Positions 47,536-59,775 of a stretch of DNA of 64,000 nt are shown here, piece by piece (the stretch's first letter is position 1; every line of letters begins with the position of its first letter). The notes under the pieces are model-generated. The model had not been told where the DNA came from. It saw only the letters and a list, made by a program, of their open reading frames with translations, and ran no database searches. The DNA lies in the IMG/VR virus record IMGVR_UViG_3300037153_000606; one strand, written 5' to 3'. Made by a program: the position numbers and the translations under genes. The stretch is from a virus.

Positions 47536-50323
47536 TTTCGTCGTCACCGACAACCGGGGCCGCCGGGTGCCGTTGCCCAACGGCACGGCAGGCCCGCCAA
47601 ACGGGTTCTCGCGGATCTCCACCCGGCGGGTCACCGAGGCCGACCAGCAGGGTTTCTCCTCGCGCGGGTTGCCCTTCGGCACGCCGGACGTCAACGCCGC
47701 CGTGACGCACGCCCGGGCGCAGAAGCTGACCCACGCCTCACGGATGCGCCGCACCGGGGCGTACGGCGGCGGCACCGCGTCGATGCAGTTGGCCACCTCC
47801 CGGCCGCGCGACCCGATGTGGTACTGGAAGCAGAACAACATCCCCTTCGACTTCACCGAGCCGGAGGAGCTGGCCAAGATCCGGGAGTTCTGCACCACGC
47901 CGGACACCCCGGTCACCATGGCCGACAACTCCAGCAAGCCGATCGGCACCGTGGCGGTCGGCGAATCGGTGTACGGGTGGACCTACCGGTTGCACGTCAA
48001 CGGCGGTTTGGAACGCAACTGGGTCGCCTCGAAGGTGATCGCGGTCGGGGTGAAGCAGGCCCCGGTGGTCACCGTGACGCTGGCCAGCGGGGCCACGGTC
48101 ACCTGTACCGCCGACCACCGGTGGGCGAACCCGAACTTCACCAAGTTGCAGCGCACCGAGCGGATCGGGCCGTGGGTGCAGGCCGACTCGGCCACCGAGT
48201 ACCAGAGCGCGCAGGTCGGCACCGCGTTGTTGGCCGCGTCCAACTGCCGGGTCGAGCACAACGCGCGTGGGTACGGCTACCCGGCCGCCGACACGTTCGA
48301 GGACAAGGTGATCTCGGTCGAGCCGGTGCTCGACGAGGACGGCGTGTTGGTCTACACCGACGTGGTCTCGCTGCAGACGCTGACCGGCAACTACATCGCG
48401 GGCGGGTACTGCAGCAAGAACTGCCGCCTGCTCTACGTGACGCACCCGATCGTGAGTGCCTGCATCGACGTCTACTCCAAGCTGCCTATGCAGGGGATGG
48501 CATTCACTTGTAAGGACCCGCAGCTGGTCGACTTCTACACCGACCTGTTCTTCGACCAACTGAATTACGAGGACTTCCTGCTCGACCTGGGCACCGAGTA
48601 CTGGCTCTCCGGGGAGAGCTGGGGCCTGGGCGGTTGGAACGACACGCTGGGCGTGTGGGAGTCCGACGCGCTGATCAACCCCGACGACGTCGAGGTGGAG
48701 AACTCGCTGTTCCAGCCCGAGCCGCGCTACCTGATGCGGTTGCCCGAGTCGCTGCGCAAGATCCTCACCACCCGCACCCCGCACTGGCAGTACACCCAGC
48801 TGGTCACCAAGTGGCCGGAGCTGGCCAACTACGCGTCCGAGGACGCGCTGATGCCGGTCTCGAACTACATCCTCAAGCAGCTGCGGTTCAAGGCGGATCG
48901 GTTCTCCAACCGGGGCATCCCGATTTTGATGCGCGGGTTCCGCACCCTGATCCAGGAGGAGATGCTCAACTCCGCGCTGGATTCCATCGCGGACCGGCTC
49001 TACACCCCGCTGATCCTGACCAAGCTGGGCGCGACCGCGCAGGACCTGGGCACTAACGTGCCGTGGATCCCTACCCAGGACGAGATGGAGGACTTCAACG
49101 CGGTGCTGGACGCCGCGCTGGCCGCCGACTTCCGCGCCTTGACCTACCACTGGGCCGTCGACATGCAGCCGGTGTTCGGCCGGGAGAACGTGCCGGACCT
49201 GTCCAACGACTTCGACCGGATCGTGGAACGCATCCTGATGGTCTTCGGGCTGAGCCAGACCATGCTCACCGGAGCCGAGGCGGGCGAGACGTACGCCGCC
49301 GACGCACTGAACCGCGACGTGGTCACCCAGCTGCTCTCGCACTACCAGAAGATGATCTCGCGCTACGTGCACGACCGGGCCGCGATCGTCGCCGAGGCGC
49401 AGGAGCACTACGACTACGAGGTGCGCCAGGGCCGCCGGTACCTGGTCACCGAGGAGATCTACGAGGTGGACGAGGAGACCGGCGAGGAGCGCATCGTCGA
49501 GCAGCCCAAGCTGTTGGTGCCCGACCTCGAATTCAAGACGCTCAACATCTCCGACGAGGAGGACGAGCGGCAGTTCGTCGAGACGCTGGCCGCAGCGGGC
49601 GTGCCGGTGCCCTACCGAGCCCGGCTGACCACCACCGGCATCGACTTCGACGAGGCGATCGAGGAGCGCTCCCAGGAGGACGTGGCGCTCGCGGTGGCCG
49701 AGCAGGAGACCCGCAAGAAGACATTCCAGGCGTTGCAGCGGGCCGGTCTGCCCATCGCCGCCGACCTGGCCCAGGACTTCTCCCCGAAGGCGATCCAGCC
49801 CGGCAACGAGCCCGCGCTGGGCATGGACGGGCAGGACGCGCTGCTCAACCCGTTGGGTCTCGCCCCCACCGACCTGCCCGCGCTCGCGCCGACCCAGGAC
49901 GACCTGGACCAGGACACCGGCATCGAGGACACCAATGCGCCGCCGTCCGACCAGGGCGACGGGTACGGGCCCGGCGGTGAGGGTGACTACCCGGGCCGCC
50001 CGGAGGAGTCCGACGAGGAGCGTGACGGCATGCCGACCTCCAACCAGCGCGCGGCCAGCCTGGCATCCGGTTCTCCGGACACCAAACCGCCGATCACCAA
50101 GATCTCCGGCTACCAGATCGGGCAGCGCTTCGGGATCCGCCAGGCGGTTGCCGAGCACTACGTCGCGCCGGACAACTCCGAGGAGGAGAACGCCCGCGAC
50201 TTCCGGCCCACCGGCCGGTTCGGCGCGCCCCGGGTGCTCGGCATGCGCCAGTACCTGAACCTGGGCGGCGTGCCGACCCGGGTGGCCAAGCGGCCCCGTG
50301 GCGAGGAGGACGCAGATGGCTAA
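47528..50323 (+). CDS. portal protein, intein-containing
   Basis: HPIVSACIDVYSK, EYWLSGE, LINPDDVEV and GIPILMR pattern of large-actinophage portals; acidic tail. Confidence 0.72.
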   Translation: MASFVVTDNRGRRVPLPNGTAGPPNGFSRISTRRVTEADQQGFSSRGLPFGTPDVNAAVTHARAQKLTHASRMRRTGAYGGGTASMQLATSRPRDPMWYWKQNNIPFDFTEPEELAKIREFCTTPDTPVTMADNSSKPIGTVAVGESVYGWTYRLHVNGGLERNWVASKVIAVGVKQAPVVTVTLASGATVTCTADHRWANPNFTKLQRTERIGPWVQADSATEYQSAQVGTALLAASNCRVEHNARGYGYPAADTFEDKVISVEPVLDEDGVLVYTDVVSLQTLTGNYIAGGYCSKNCRLLYVTHPIVSACIDVYSKLPMQGMAFTCKDPQLVDFYTDLFFDQLNYEDFLLDLGTEYWLSGESWGLGGWNDTLGVWESDALINPDDVEVENSLFQPEPRYLMRLPESLRKILTTRTPHWQYTQLVTKWPELANYASEDALMPVSNYILKQLRFKADRFSNRGIPILMRGFRTLIQEEMLNSALDSIADRLYTPLILTKLGATAQDLGTNVPWIPTQDEMEDFNAVLDAALAADFRALTYHWAVDMQPVFGRENVPDLSNDFDRIVERILMVFGLSQTMLTGAEAGETYAADALNRDVVTQLLSHYQKMISRYVHDRAAIVAEAQEHYDYEVRQGRRYLVTEEIYEVDEETGEERIVEQPKLLVPDLEFKTLNISDEEDERQFVETLAAAGVPVPYRARLTTTGIDFDEAIEERSQEDVALAVAEQETRKKTFQALQRAGLPIAADLAQDFSPKAIQPGNEPALGMDGQDALLNPLGLAPTDLPALAPTQDDLDQDTGIEDTNAPPSDQGDGYGPGGEGDYPGRPEESDEERDGMPTSNQRAASLASGSPDTKPPITKISGYQIGQRFGIRQAVAEHYVAPDNSEEENARDFRPTGRFGAPRVLGMRQYLNLGGVPTRVAKRPRGEEDADG
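47891..48421 (+). mobile_element. mini-intein (177 aa, no homing endonuclease)
   Basis: block A CTTPDTPVTMAD, block B TCTADHRW, block F/G VVSLQTLTGNYIAGGYCSKN followed by Cys+1. Confidence 0.88.
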
Positions 50324-51344
50324 GTGGCGGGTCGGCCGCAAGGTCGGGCGGACGATCTATATCCAGTCCGGTGACACGCCTTCCGACGGTGACGAGTTGA
50401 TCGGCCTGATGGACTCCATCGAGCTGGCCCAGGAGGCCGTGGACGCGGTGAACGCCCTCGACGAGCCGGAGCCCGACGATGACGATTGAGGCGTTCGCGC
50501 CACCCGAGCCTGAGTCGCCGCGTTGCCCGGAGACCGGTGACATCTGTGTCCGGGATTGTCTGGTGGGATGTTTCGAGCGGTGGTCGCACCGGGAACGTCA
50601 TCAGGAACAGACCACCAGACTGATCGGAAAGACCGAGGAGTTGGTGCGCACCTCGGCGACACTTGGGCATCGGTGCAGTTTGCGGCGTTGGTACGACCCT
50701 GCGCGCCGTATGACCTACATCCAGTGCGACGATGTCCGGCAGCCTGTGACCGATCAAGCGCTGTTTGTCGCCGAAGACCCGGAGTACGTCGTAGCGCTCG
50801 CCACTTATCGAGTAGTGCGTGATGCGCATCCGGAACCTGAGCCCCGTGATGTGTGAGGTCGGCGCGCGCTGCCCGAACTGCGGCCAGCCCGAACTGGACG
50901 CCGACGAGGTGCACTGTTGCACCATCAACGGCCGGGCGCAGCGCATCTACATCTGCCACGACTGCGAGGCCGAGGTGGTCGTCAGCGTGCTCGTGCCGGA
51001 GTCGGTGCGGGCATGATCGTCGGGCCGGTGCCCACCTGGACCTACGGGCGGACCATCACCCGGTGCTTCAGGTTCGTCCCGGTCACCGTCAACGGTCGGC
51101 TGTGGTGGTTCATGTGGACCCCGTGAGCACCGCCGCGCCGGAATGGCTGCCCGAGCGTGCGCTGTACTGGGAGCAGCTGCCGTTCCTGGTGCACGACGGC
51201 GACACGGTCCAACCCGGCCAGCTGGAGTGGCAGCGCCCGGACGGGCAGGTGTTCACCTTCCGCGCGATGCGCTGGCATCTGGAGCGTCACGACTGGGTCG
51301 ACTACCTGGTCATCGACGCGTGGGAGAAGATCGCGCGGCCATGA
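50316..51344 (+). other. small hypothetical genes (50316-50489, 50479-50856, 50822-51016, 51013-51126, 51123-51344)
   Basis: overlapping short ORFs. Confidence 0.5.
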
Positions 51345-51622
51345 GGATCACCGAGGGCGAACTGCGCGAGCGGTTCGGGTACTCGCCCAACCCGGACCGC
51401 GCACACGCCGCCGCCCAGGCCGACGTGCACCGCCGCCTGTTGCAGGTGGCCGTAGTGATGTCCAACGTGCTCCCGCAGGGCCGGGAGGCCACTTTGGTCA
51501 TCACCAAGCTGGAGGAGGCACTGTTCTGGGCGGACGCCGCGATCGCGCGCACCGAGCACCTGCCGGTACGGCGCGGACGCCCGCCCCGCGAGATCATCGA
51601 TCAGCCGTTGCCGGAGAACTGA
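51341..51622 (+). CDS. Acb2/Tad1-like helical hairpin protein (candidate nucleotide-signal sponge)
   Basis: RFGY..LPQGREATLVITKLEEALFWADAAIAR. Confidence 0.6.
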   Translation: MRITEGELRERFGYSPNPDRAHAAAQADVHRRLLQVAVVMSNVLPQGREATLVITKLEEALFWADAAIARTEHLPVRRGRPPREIIDQPLPEN

Positions 51623-51783
51623 CCCGCTGATCCAGACCCAACATCTGCAAGACGAGCAGCACGTCCTTACGCGGTACCCGGTCGCAGACCACCAACTGCG
51701 CCTTGTGCGCGACCCAACCGGGCAGCTCGACCGCCCGCGTTGTGGCCCACTCGTCCTGGCCGTAGGCGCGGGTCATCCGTGCG

Positions 51784-52437
51784 TCACTTGCTGATGTCCT
51801 CGCGTTGCTCGTCGGTGAACGCCAGCGACTCCTCGGCGACGGACACCGACTGCCCACCGCCCCGCACGCCCCGATAGGCCGACACGTTCTGCGAGACGGT
51901 GGCGTAGGTGCCGATCATGTTGTTCTTGTCGAACACCGCCGAGGTGTTGGCGTTCATCCCGTAGGACTTGGCCGTCTCGATGGCGTTCTCGTCCGCGCCC
52001 AGGAAGATGAACTGCCAGCCGTAGTCGTTGCGCTGCTGGAGGATCAGCTTGCGGACCTGTTCGGCGGTCCACTCCTTCGAAGAGTTCTCCAGCCCGTCCG
52101 TGACGATCACCACGATGATGCTGGCGGGCCGCTTGTCCTCATCGAGCGCGGCCAGCCGCTCGCCCAGCTTGGTGCAGGTGAACCCGATCGCGTCCAGCAG
52201 CGCAGTCATGTTGCGCGGCACCAGCTGATAGGCCGGGGCCGACGACGCGGGCTTGTCGAGGTAGACCACGTCGTGCTTGTCATCGAACTGGCTCAACGAC
52301 ACCAGGCACTGTCCGGGCTGCTTGGCCTGCTCGGCGACGAAGCTGTTCCAGCCGCCTTCGGCGTCTTCGCGGATCGACTGCATCGACCCGGATCGGTCCA
52401 GGATGCCCTGGATGTAGGTGAGATTCTGGTCGGTCAT
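51784..52437 (-). CDS. vWA domain protein
   Basis: ILDRSGSM, TALLDAIG, VTDGLENSSKE, FIFLGA. Confidence 0.9.
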   Translation of the reverse strand: MTDQNLTYIQGILDRSGSMQSIREDAEGGWNSFVAEQAKQPGQCLVSLSQFDDKHDVVYLDKPASSAPAYQLVPRNMTALLDAIGFTCTKLGERLAALDEDKRPASIIVVIVTDGLENSSKEWTAEQVRKLILQQRNDYGWQFIFLGADENAIETAKSYGMNANTSAVFDKNNMIGTYATVSQNVSAYRGVRGGGQSVSVAEESLAFTDEQREDISK

Positions 52438-55400
52438 TTCTCGAACACCTCCGGGTGTTTGGTGTGCATGTGCCGTTCGACGTTGTCGAAATGCCTTCTA
52501 CAGTGCGGGCAGACGCCGTGCTCGGCGCGGGCGATCTGCTTCTTGGCCCGGGTCAGGTGACCACGGGTGGTGACGTGGCTGGCCCGTTCGGCACGCAGGT
52601 CCTCGTCCCGGTTGGCCACCCTGCGGTTGAGCCGTTCGATCTCGGCCCGGGCATCGCGCAGCTTCTCCTCATCCGACTTGGCGGTGTAGTGCTGCTGGTG
52701 CCCGGACGGGCAGTAGAACATCGCGTGCGACTTGCGCAATTCGCGCTGCATGTCTGCGGTGATCGCGAACAGCACCCCGCATTCGACGCAGCTCTCGGTG
52801 ACGAGGGTGACCTCCTCGATGATGGTGTGCCCGCGCATCATGACTCCTCCTTGTCCGTGGTGATCATTGGTTGCGCACGTTCCATCTGATGACGGACGTG
52901 AGCGGGAACGTGGTCACTTCGCTGCCCTGGATGATGCGCAGCAGCCCGTCGCGTATGTCGTAACGCCATTCGTTGCCCGAGTAGGTGTAGTTGCTGGCCA
53001 GCGTGAACTCCTCGGTGCTGCCGTCGTTGAGCGTCACGATCAGCTTCTTGGTCACTCGTCCCTCGCCAACCCTGGTATCGAGTGCAGGTTGGCATGGGAT
53101 GCGAGCACCTCGCGGATGGTCGGTTCGTGACCTTCGGCGAAGTGGGTCTGGCACCCGTCCGGATACCGCACGTGGATGCGCTTCTCGTCCAGCCGACCCG
53201 GTTTGCCGGGCAGCAACAACACGATGTCGAGCGGGTCCTCGGTCATGGGTTCTGTCCCAGCATCTCGGCAGTCACCTGCACGGGGTTCATCCGTGTGACC
53301 TCCAGCGACTCGTCGGTCTCGGTGATCGCGATCGGCTTGGTGTTTTGGTAACGCTCGATCGCGTCACCGAAACCCTCGGCCTTGACCACCCACGAGGTGC
53401 GGACCGTGATGGTTTTCGTGACCTGGAACTTGTCGGTCATGACTGCACGCCTTGGCAATCCGGGCAGGTGTATCCGCCGTGCGGTCCACCGTGACAATCG
53501 CAGGAGGCAGGAGCTGCCGTTACCTTCAGTGCTTCGGCGACGGCCAGCAACTCACGCACGTCCGAATCGGTGGACCAGTCGTAATGCTTTCCCGCCGATG
53601 CGCGCTTGTGCCGTGCGATCACGCCGTCGATGTGCTTGGCCTGCGCTGCGTGATAGTTAGAGATCGCCCGGTTCGAGCCCTTCCACTCACGCACCATCTG
53701 CCGCTCCCACGCCGCGAGCGCGGTCAGCGTCGCCACCGGATCATCGGTCATTACGTTGCCTCTGCTTCCGTCGCAACCGGCGCATCAGTTCGTCACCCTT
53801 CTTCTCTCCGGCCAACGTCCCGCGACGCAGTTCCACGCCGTCTTCATCCAGATAGACCTCTGGCGGTAGTTTGGCGACAGCCTCAGCTGCTGCGGGGAGA
53901 CTGTCGGCTGCGACGTAGAACACGCGCCTGCCGTACCAGTCGGCATCTTCAGAAATCCAGCTATCGACGGTGATCCGCCAGGTCGCCACCGGATCGTCAG
54001 TCATTGGCCCCGGTCCTTCCGAACCAGTTCGCGTTGCTTGAAATCTTCGAGCGCTCTCTTTCCCCGTGTGCGGGACTTGATCCGATCGGCAACACGCCAC
54101 TGCGCGCGGGCCAGCGTCATGAGGTAGAACGCCAGCGCTTCGTGGTACTCCGGTGTGCCGTAACCGAGGTCGTTGATGGCCTGTTCGATCTGGGCGACAG
54201 TCGGTGCCGCCACCGGGTCGGCAGTCATTGCTTGCTCCCCGGTCGAGGGATCAGCTCAAGGTCGATGAACGTGCCATCCCGGGCAACCCGGTACGACCGG
54301 AGCGTCATCGCCGGACCCAGGCCGTTGATGTCCGCACCGATTTGACGGTCGAGGCAACCAGGCGCGAACACCTCACCGTCGGCGGCCTGCCAACGTATCT
54401 GAACACTGTGCGTGAACGTCACCGGGTCGCTCATGTCCACACCATCCCGGGTCCGTAGTACCCGAGCTGTTCATCCAGGTCGGCACGGTGCTGCTCGCGG
54501 ATCGGATGTGCATCCCAGTCCCGGTCGACGCAGTCTTCGGGTGCCGATACGAGGTAGTAGCTCAGGTGCGCGTTGTCATACCAGTGCATGAACCGGTTCT
54601 TGTCCCGGAACGGCCCGGCTCCGCAGTCCTCCTCGGCGCAGACGAACCACTCCTCGTCAGGCATGGTTGATCCGGCCCTCCGGGTTGAGCAACCGCAACG
54701 CCTCGGCCACGGCCAGTGCCTTCCGCACGTCCGGGCAAGGCATATCGACATCGCCACACCAGGAGCAACGCCATTGGTCGAGCGGTCGGTGCCGTTCGGC
54801 GATGCTCTCGACCAACTCGCTCAGCGCCTTCAGCCCGCGCCGGTCGTTCTGCAGGTGCACCCCTTTGGACCACCGGCGCAGATAGGTGGCGAGGTGGGTC
54901 AGCGTGGCGGTGATGTCGACGTCGTCAGTCATTGGCCCAGATCACCGGTTCACCGAAGTCATCGAAACGCACCCGGCCGCCCGCCTCGATATAGCGCTTC
55001 GCGCCACGCTGCTCGCCGTGGACCAGCACCAGCGCCTGTGCGAGCGCCAACTCCTCCATGGCGGTCGCCAACAGCTCGACACGCTCCGGCCGGGAGGAGA
55101 GGTTGGCGATGCGTACCCAGCTCATCGCGGATCCGGGTCACGCGGAGGGCGGTCGCCGAACATGATGCGCCACGACGCACGATGGTTCTCGTAGACGTGC
55201 CAGGACGCCTCGCGCCCGGCCTGGTCACGGGTCGGCCACTCGTAGGAGCGCCATCCGCAGATCTGGCAGGTGCTGTGTGCCACCGGTCAGTTCTCCGGGT
55301 CCACGAGTTCGGCCGTCACGTCCGGGGTGAAGTCCGGTACCTCGATCTTCTGGGTGCTCATGCTCACCCCGCGTTGAGGTCGTCGGCGAACTGGTACCAG

Positions 55401-56110
55401 CAGCGTTGTGAGCAGACCGTGCCGTCGGACCAGGCCTCGGTGAGCTGGTAGGGCTCTCCGCAGTTGGCACACTTCGCCCACCGCTCACCACGGTCCCGGA
55501 TGCCTATGTTGATGTACGCGTATCTCTTGTGGATGGGGTGTGCGGTCGGGTCAGCCAGGATCGCGTCCGGGTCATAACCGGCGTCGTTTGCCACGAGGTA
55601 AGCCTTCCGACGTAATGGGTTGTGCGTTGTCCCGTGAGACTATCCCCAACCCGGGCTCTGCGGCACCCGGAACATCTTCGCCCGCGCCACCAGCAGGTGC
55701 AGCTTGGCCAGTTCCAGCTTCGGCACCACCCCGGGCACCTCGTCGTCCTGGTTGCGGGCGTACCAGTTGCCGTTCTCCACCTGTGCGATCAGCTCACAGG
55801 CGTGCCGGATGTGCTCGTTGGGCCGCCAGGCGGCGATGTCCACGTCAGACTTGGTCATATCGGTGGTTCTTCCCGCCTGCCGGTGATCATCTGGCCGACT
55901 TGAGAATCCCACCACCCGCACCGGTAGGCCAGCACCGTACGGCGGTGCATCAGCATCACCGCGCTCCCCAGCAGCACCAGGAGCACAGTTGCCAGCCATT
56001 GCCTGTTGACGGCGTTGATCACGGCCGCGACCAGGCACGTCGCCAGCACCACGCACGAGCCGATCAGGCTGAACCGGAACGGGAAAGAGGGCTTGACCGG
56101 ATCTCCCATC
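52434..56110 (-). other. long run of about 17 small minus-strand accessory genes
   Basis: tightly coupled short ORFs, many with CxxC; several share an MTDDPVAT-like start. Confidence 0.6.
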
Positions 56111-56212
56111 CGGTCAGTCTGACCGAATCCTGCCGGGTGACCTCGTGAGCGGGCGGAAGCAGGGGACGGTCCAGTGCGACACTCGCTGGTCGCCGGGTGA
56201 GGGAGGTACGCG

Positions 56213-56560
56213 GTGGCCGAGCCCAAGGTGGCCGCGTTGTTGGAGCGCCGGTGCCGGGCCCGGGTGGAGCGTTTCCGGATCCGGGGACGCGGCCGGTGTA
56301 TCTACCCACAGCTGCATTCGGGTGATCACGGCGTGGTGCGACGCAAGCAGACCTTCCGGTGGTCCACCAGGTGGGTCGTGCCGGTCGACAACCGGCATGT
56401 CGACGATCTGGCCAGGACCTTTCACGCCGCCTACGGCGAGGCGTCCCGCAACACCGGCTGGGGCGGTCCCGGGTGGCAGGCCTGGGATGTGCTGCCCGAG
56501 GCCGGGCGGGAAGCGACCCGGACCGGCGTGTTGGCACTGTTGCGTGAACTGGACCCGTAA
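56213..56560 (+). CDS. hypothetical protein
   Basis: GGGAGG RBS. Confidence 0.5.
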   Translation: MAEPKVAALLERRCRARVERFRIRGRGRCIYPQLHSGDHGVVRRKQTFRWSTRWVVPVDNRHVDDLARTFHAAYGEASRNTGWGGPGWQAWDVLPEAGREATRTGVLALLRELDP

Positions 56561-57045
56561 TGCTCACCGTACTGGCCGCCGATCCGGCCACCGCGACATC
56601 GGTCACCGCCACCATCGTCGCCATTGCCACCGGTGCGGGCGCGATCGTGACGGCGATCGGCGGTGTCCTGCTGGCCATCCGCACCGTGCGGTCCCGGGAA
56701 CGGATGGCCGCACAGAAGGAGACCGATCAGATCATCGGCGAGATGGCCTACGTGGAGGACCTACTCGCCTGGGAACGCTCCGAACGGGTCGACGTGGAAA
56801 CCTGGGCGCACCAGATGAGCCTGGACATGGCACGGGCGAACATGCCCATCCCACCGCCGCCGATGTCCCGGCCACGCCCGAAACGCTCGATGCACAAGAA
56901 GGACGACGACGGCGGCAAGCAAGGAGGCGATGATGAGCCCGACGAACCTGGCACTGGCGGTGCTGAAGACTCCGGTGATCGCGTTCCTGATGGCGGGGAT
57001 ACTGGGGGCAACGTGCATCGGTTCCGTCGTCGTAGCAGCGGCTAA
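56560..57045 (+). CDS. membrane protein (holin-like position and shape)
   Basis: N-terminal TM segment followed by a charged coil. Confidence 0.45.
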   Translation: MLTVLAADPATATSVTATIVAIATGAGAIVTAIGGVLLAIRTVRSRERMAAQKETDQIIGEMAYVEDLLAWERSERVDVETWAHQMSLDMARANMPIPPPPMSRPRPKRSMHKKDDDGGKQGGDDEPDEPGTGGAEDSGDRVPDGGDTGGNVHRFRRRSSG

Positions 57046-57709
57046 CGCCACCCCGGAGACCAAGATCGGTCCCACCGGCCCTGCCGGACCCACCGGGCCA
57101 TCGGGTTCCCGGGGACCGACCGGGCCTGCCGGTCCCACCGGTTCGCCGGGACCGACGGGTCCCACCGGAGCGAAAGGCTCGCGAGGACCGACCGGAGTGA
57201 CCGGCCTGCAGGGTCTGCCCGGCGGTCAGGGAGTTCCGGGAGTCCAAGGTATCGCGGGTGCGCAGGGGCAACAGGGACCGGCCGGTCCGCGCGGAGCCAC
57301 CGGCCCTCGCGGCAGTCGCGGGCCGCGCGGTGCGACCGGCAGTACGGGGCCACGCGGCCCGGCGGGCCCGAAAGGCTCTCCCGGCCCTACTGGTCCTGCC
57401 GGAATCACCGTGGTGGAGGGCATCGTCAACGCTGACGGGTCGGTGAACACCGGCACCGGGTACACCGTCACCGTGCTCGGGCCCGGCCGGTACCAGCTGA
57501 ACTTCACCACCCCGTTCAAGGGCGTGCCGACCGTGCTGGTGACCAACGTGTACGGCTCGATCGGCGTGGATGCCGGGGCCGGGGTGCAGCCCGCGCAGAA
57601 CGCCGTGGTCGACCAGGCCACCGCCGGTTTCGCGCTGGTCGCCACCGGCGACGCGAACGGTGTCCCGTCCGCCGAGAGCTTCGGCTTCATGGCGCTCACC
57701 AAGCCGTGA
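56930..57709 (+). CDS. collagen-like (Gly-X-Y) protein with signal/TM N-terminus
   Basis: uninterrupted G-X-Y run. Confidence 0.8.
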   Translation: MMSPTNLALAVLKTPVIAFLMAGILGATCIGSVVVAAANATPETKIGPTGPAGPTGPSGSRGPTGPAGPTGSPGPTGPTGAKGSRGPTGVTGLQGLPGGQGVPGVQGIAGAQGQQGPAGPRGATGPRGSRGPRGATGSTGPRGPAGPKGSPGPTGPAGITVVEGIVNADGSVNTGTGYTVTVLGPGRYQLNFTTPFKGVPTVLVTNVYGSIGVDAGAGVQPAQNAVVDQATAGFALVATGDANGVPSAESFGFMALTKP

Positions 57710-57886
57710 CGACCTTGGCGTGGCAGCAGCCCGCAGTCGCGATCCTGTTCATCTCGTTGGCGATCATCGTCGGGGTCGGCATCGTCTTCCTCATCGCAGT
57801 GGTCGTGATAACCCGAAGGCAGAGGCGTTTCGAGCGGCGCATCGAACGCCGCACTCGGGAATGGCGTCTGCCACCGCCGAAGTAAC

Positions 57887-58630
57887 GTGACCACGCCGCC
57901 GGTGCATGCCCCCAGCTACTCGCTGGTGAGCCAGCCGCTGGAGCTGACCGTCCAGTCCGGTGCCGACTGGACCACCACGATGGCGGTGTACTCCTACGAC
58001 GGCATCACCCCGCTGGCGGTGGACGACCCGGTGCTGGAGATGCGCCGGGACCGCACCCCGAACTCGCAGCTGCTGGCCCACCTGGACTCCTCCGGCCAGG
58101 CCGACGGCACCATCGTCATCGGCACCGACTTGGTCTGGCACCTGTCGATGAGCGCGGCGACGACCGCCCAGATCCCCACCGGGCGCGGCTTCTGGGACGC
58201 GTTCGGCACGGTGTCCGGGCAGCAGCTGCTGATCGCCTCCGGCGTGGTGCTGGTGCAGCCCCGGGTCACCGGCACCACCACCAGCTACGTCCCGCCGACC
58301 CCGCCTCCGCCGCCGATCGTGGTGGACACCCAGCCGACCGAGGTCGACCTGGTCTTCCCGGCCGGGGACGACCTGTACCTGGACCTGGCGCTCACCGAGG
58401 ACGACGGCTCACCGGCCGACCTGTCCTCCTCCTCCGCGACCGCCGTGGTCACCACATCGACCGGCCAGGTGCTGGCCAGCTTCGACACCTCGATCACCGA
58501 CAACATCGTGCATCTGCACCTGGCCGCCGCCGACACGCAAGATCTCCCCGCCTCGGCGAGGTGGAAGTGCACGGTCACCGCGCCGGACGAGGTCGAGACG
58601 GTGGCGGCCGGAAGCGTGCGGGCGACCTGA
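57887..58630 (+). CDS. virion structural/fibre adaptor-like protein with two similar beta domains
   Basis: [10 protein letters not shown] and [10 protein letters not shown] repeats; upstream of fibre genes. Confidence 0.55.
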   Translation: MTTPPVHAPSYSLVSQPLELTVQSGADWTTTMAVYSYDGITPLAVDDPVLEMRRDRTPNSQLLAHLDSSGQADGTIVIGTDLVWHLSMSAATTAQIPTGRGFWDAFGTVSGQQLLIASGVVLVQPRVTGTTTSYVPPTPPPPPIVVDTQPTEVDLVFPAGDDLYLDLALTEDDGSPADLSSSSATAVVTTSTGQVLASFDTSITDNIVHLHLAAADTQDLPASARWKCTVTAPDEVETVAAGSVRAT

Positions 58631-59775
58631 TGGCCCGCCACGTTGTCGTCACCACCCCGGAGGACAAGACCGCCTTCCCGTACACCCCGGGACCGCAGGG
58701 TCCACCCGGTCCGCCCGGGCCACAGGGCGATCCGGGCCCTACCGGTGATCCGGGCCCGACCGGACCCCAGGGTGCCACCGGCCCGGCAGGCCCGGCCGGT
58801 CCGAAGGGCGCGGACTCGACCGTTCCGGGCCCGCAGGGTGTCATGGGCCCGCAAGGCCCGGTGGGGCCACAGGGCCCGAAAGGTGCCGACTCCACCGTCC
58901 CGGGGCCGCAAGGCATTCAGGGCCCTGCCGGTGCGACAGGCCCTACAGGGCCGACCGGGGCCGACTCGACGGTGCCCGGCCCGACCGGCCCGGTAGGTGC
59001 CACGGGGTCCACTGGGCCGCAGGGACCGAAAGGGGACACAGGTTCCCCCGGTGCCCAGGGCCCGCAAGGTGCCACCGGCAGCCAGGGACCGACTGGTGCG
59101 ACCGGGCCCCAGGGTCTGCAGGGGCCGAAAGGAGACACCGGCGACACCGGTCCGCAAGGACCGTCCGGGTCGTCCTCGAACCTGTTCTTCTACCAGTTCT
59201 CCACGTCCACATCCGAACCGCCGACCGGCAGCCAGATCAGGCTGAACGCCTCCGACCAACTGGCTGCCACCAAGATGTGGGTGGTCAACACCACCACGGA
59301 CGGGCTGGACGCCTCGGTCCTTTTCAGCCAGGCGGACGCGACATCACGGCTGTACCTGCAGGACGCGGACGACCACACCAAGTACCAGGTCTACAACCTG
59401 ACCGACGTCGGCATTGCCAAGAGCGGCTACTTCGAGTTCCCGATCAACTGGAACCGTGGTGGCAGTGCACTCACCGCGCAGAAGGTCGTGTTGGGTGTCG
59501 TCAACACCGGGGCACAGGGTCCACAGGGACCACAAGGACCGAAAGGCGACACGGGGGCCACCGGGTCGACCGGTGCGACGGGACCTGCTGGTGCCACCGG
59601 TCCGGCCGGTCAGAGTGCGGGGATGTACGCGATCCGCTACACCGGCACCCAGCCGCTACGCAACACGGTCACCTCCGACACCACCGCGCCGGTGTTCTGG
59701 TACGCCGCCACCGCGCCGACCATCGGTTCCGGGTACGCCATCTCCGGGCTCGACTACTGGGTGCCCACAGCCTGA
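58630..59775 (+). CDS. collagen-like fibre protein
   Basis: long G-X-Y runs with repeated GADSTVPGP. Confidence 0.8.
   Translation: MARHVVVTTPEDKTAFPYTPGPQGPPGPPGPQGDPGPTGDPGPTGPQGATGPAGPAGPKGADSTVPGPQGVMGPQGPVGPQGPKGADSTVPGPQGIQGPAGATGPTGPTGADSTVPGPTGPVGATGSTGPQGPKGDTGSPGAQGPQGATGSQGPTGATGPQGLQGPKGDTGDTGPQGPSGSSSNLFFYQFSTSTSEPPTGSQIRLNASDQLAATKMWVVNTTTDGLDASVLFSQADATSRLYLQDADDHTKYQVYNLTDVGIAKSGYFEFPINWNRGGSALTAQKVVLGVVNTGAQGPQGPQGPKGDTGATGSTGATGPAGATGPAGQSAGMYAIRYTGTQPLRNTVTSDTTAPVFWYAATAPTIGSGYAISGLDYWVPTA

Noticed and set aside
57063-59620. 9-bp-period repeats as a non-coding repeat system
   Set aside because: Fully explained by collagen Gly-X-Y coding.
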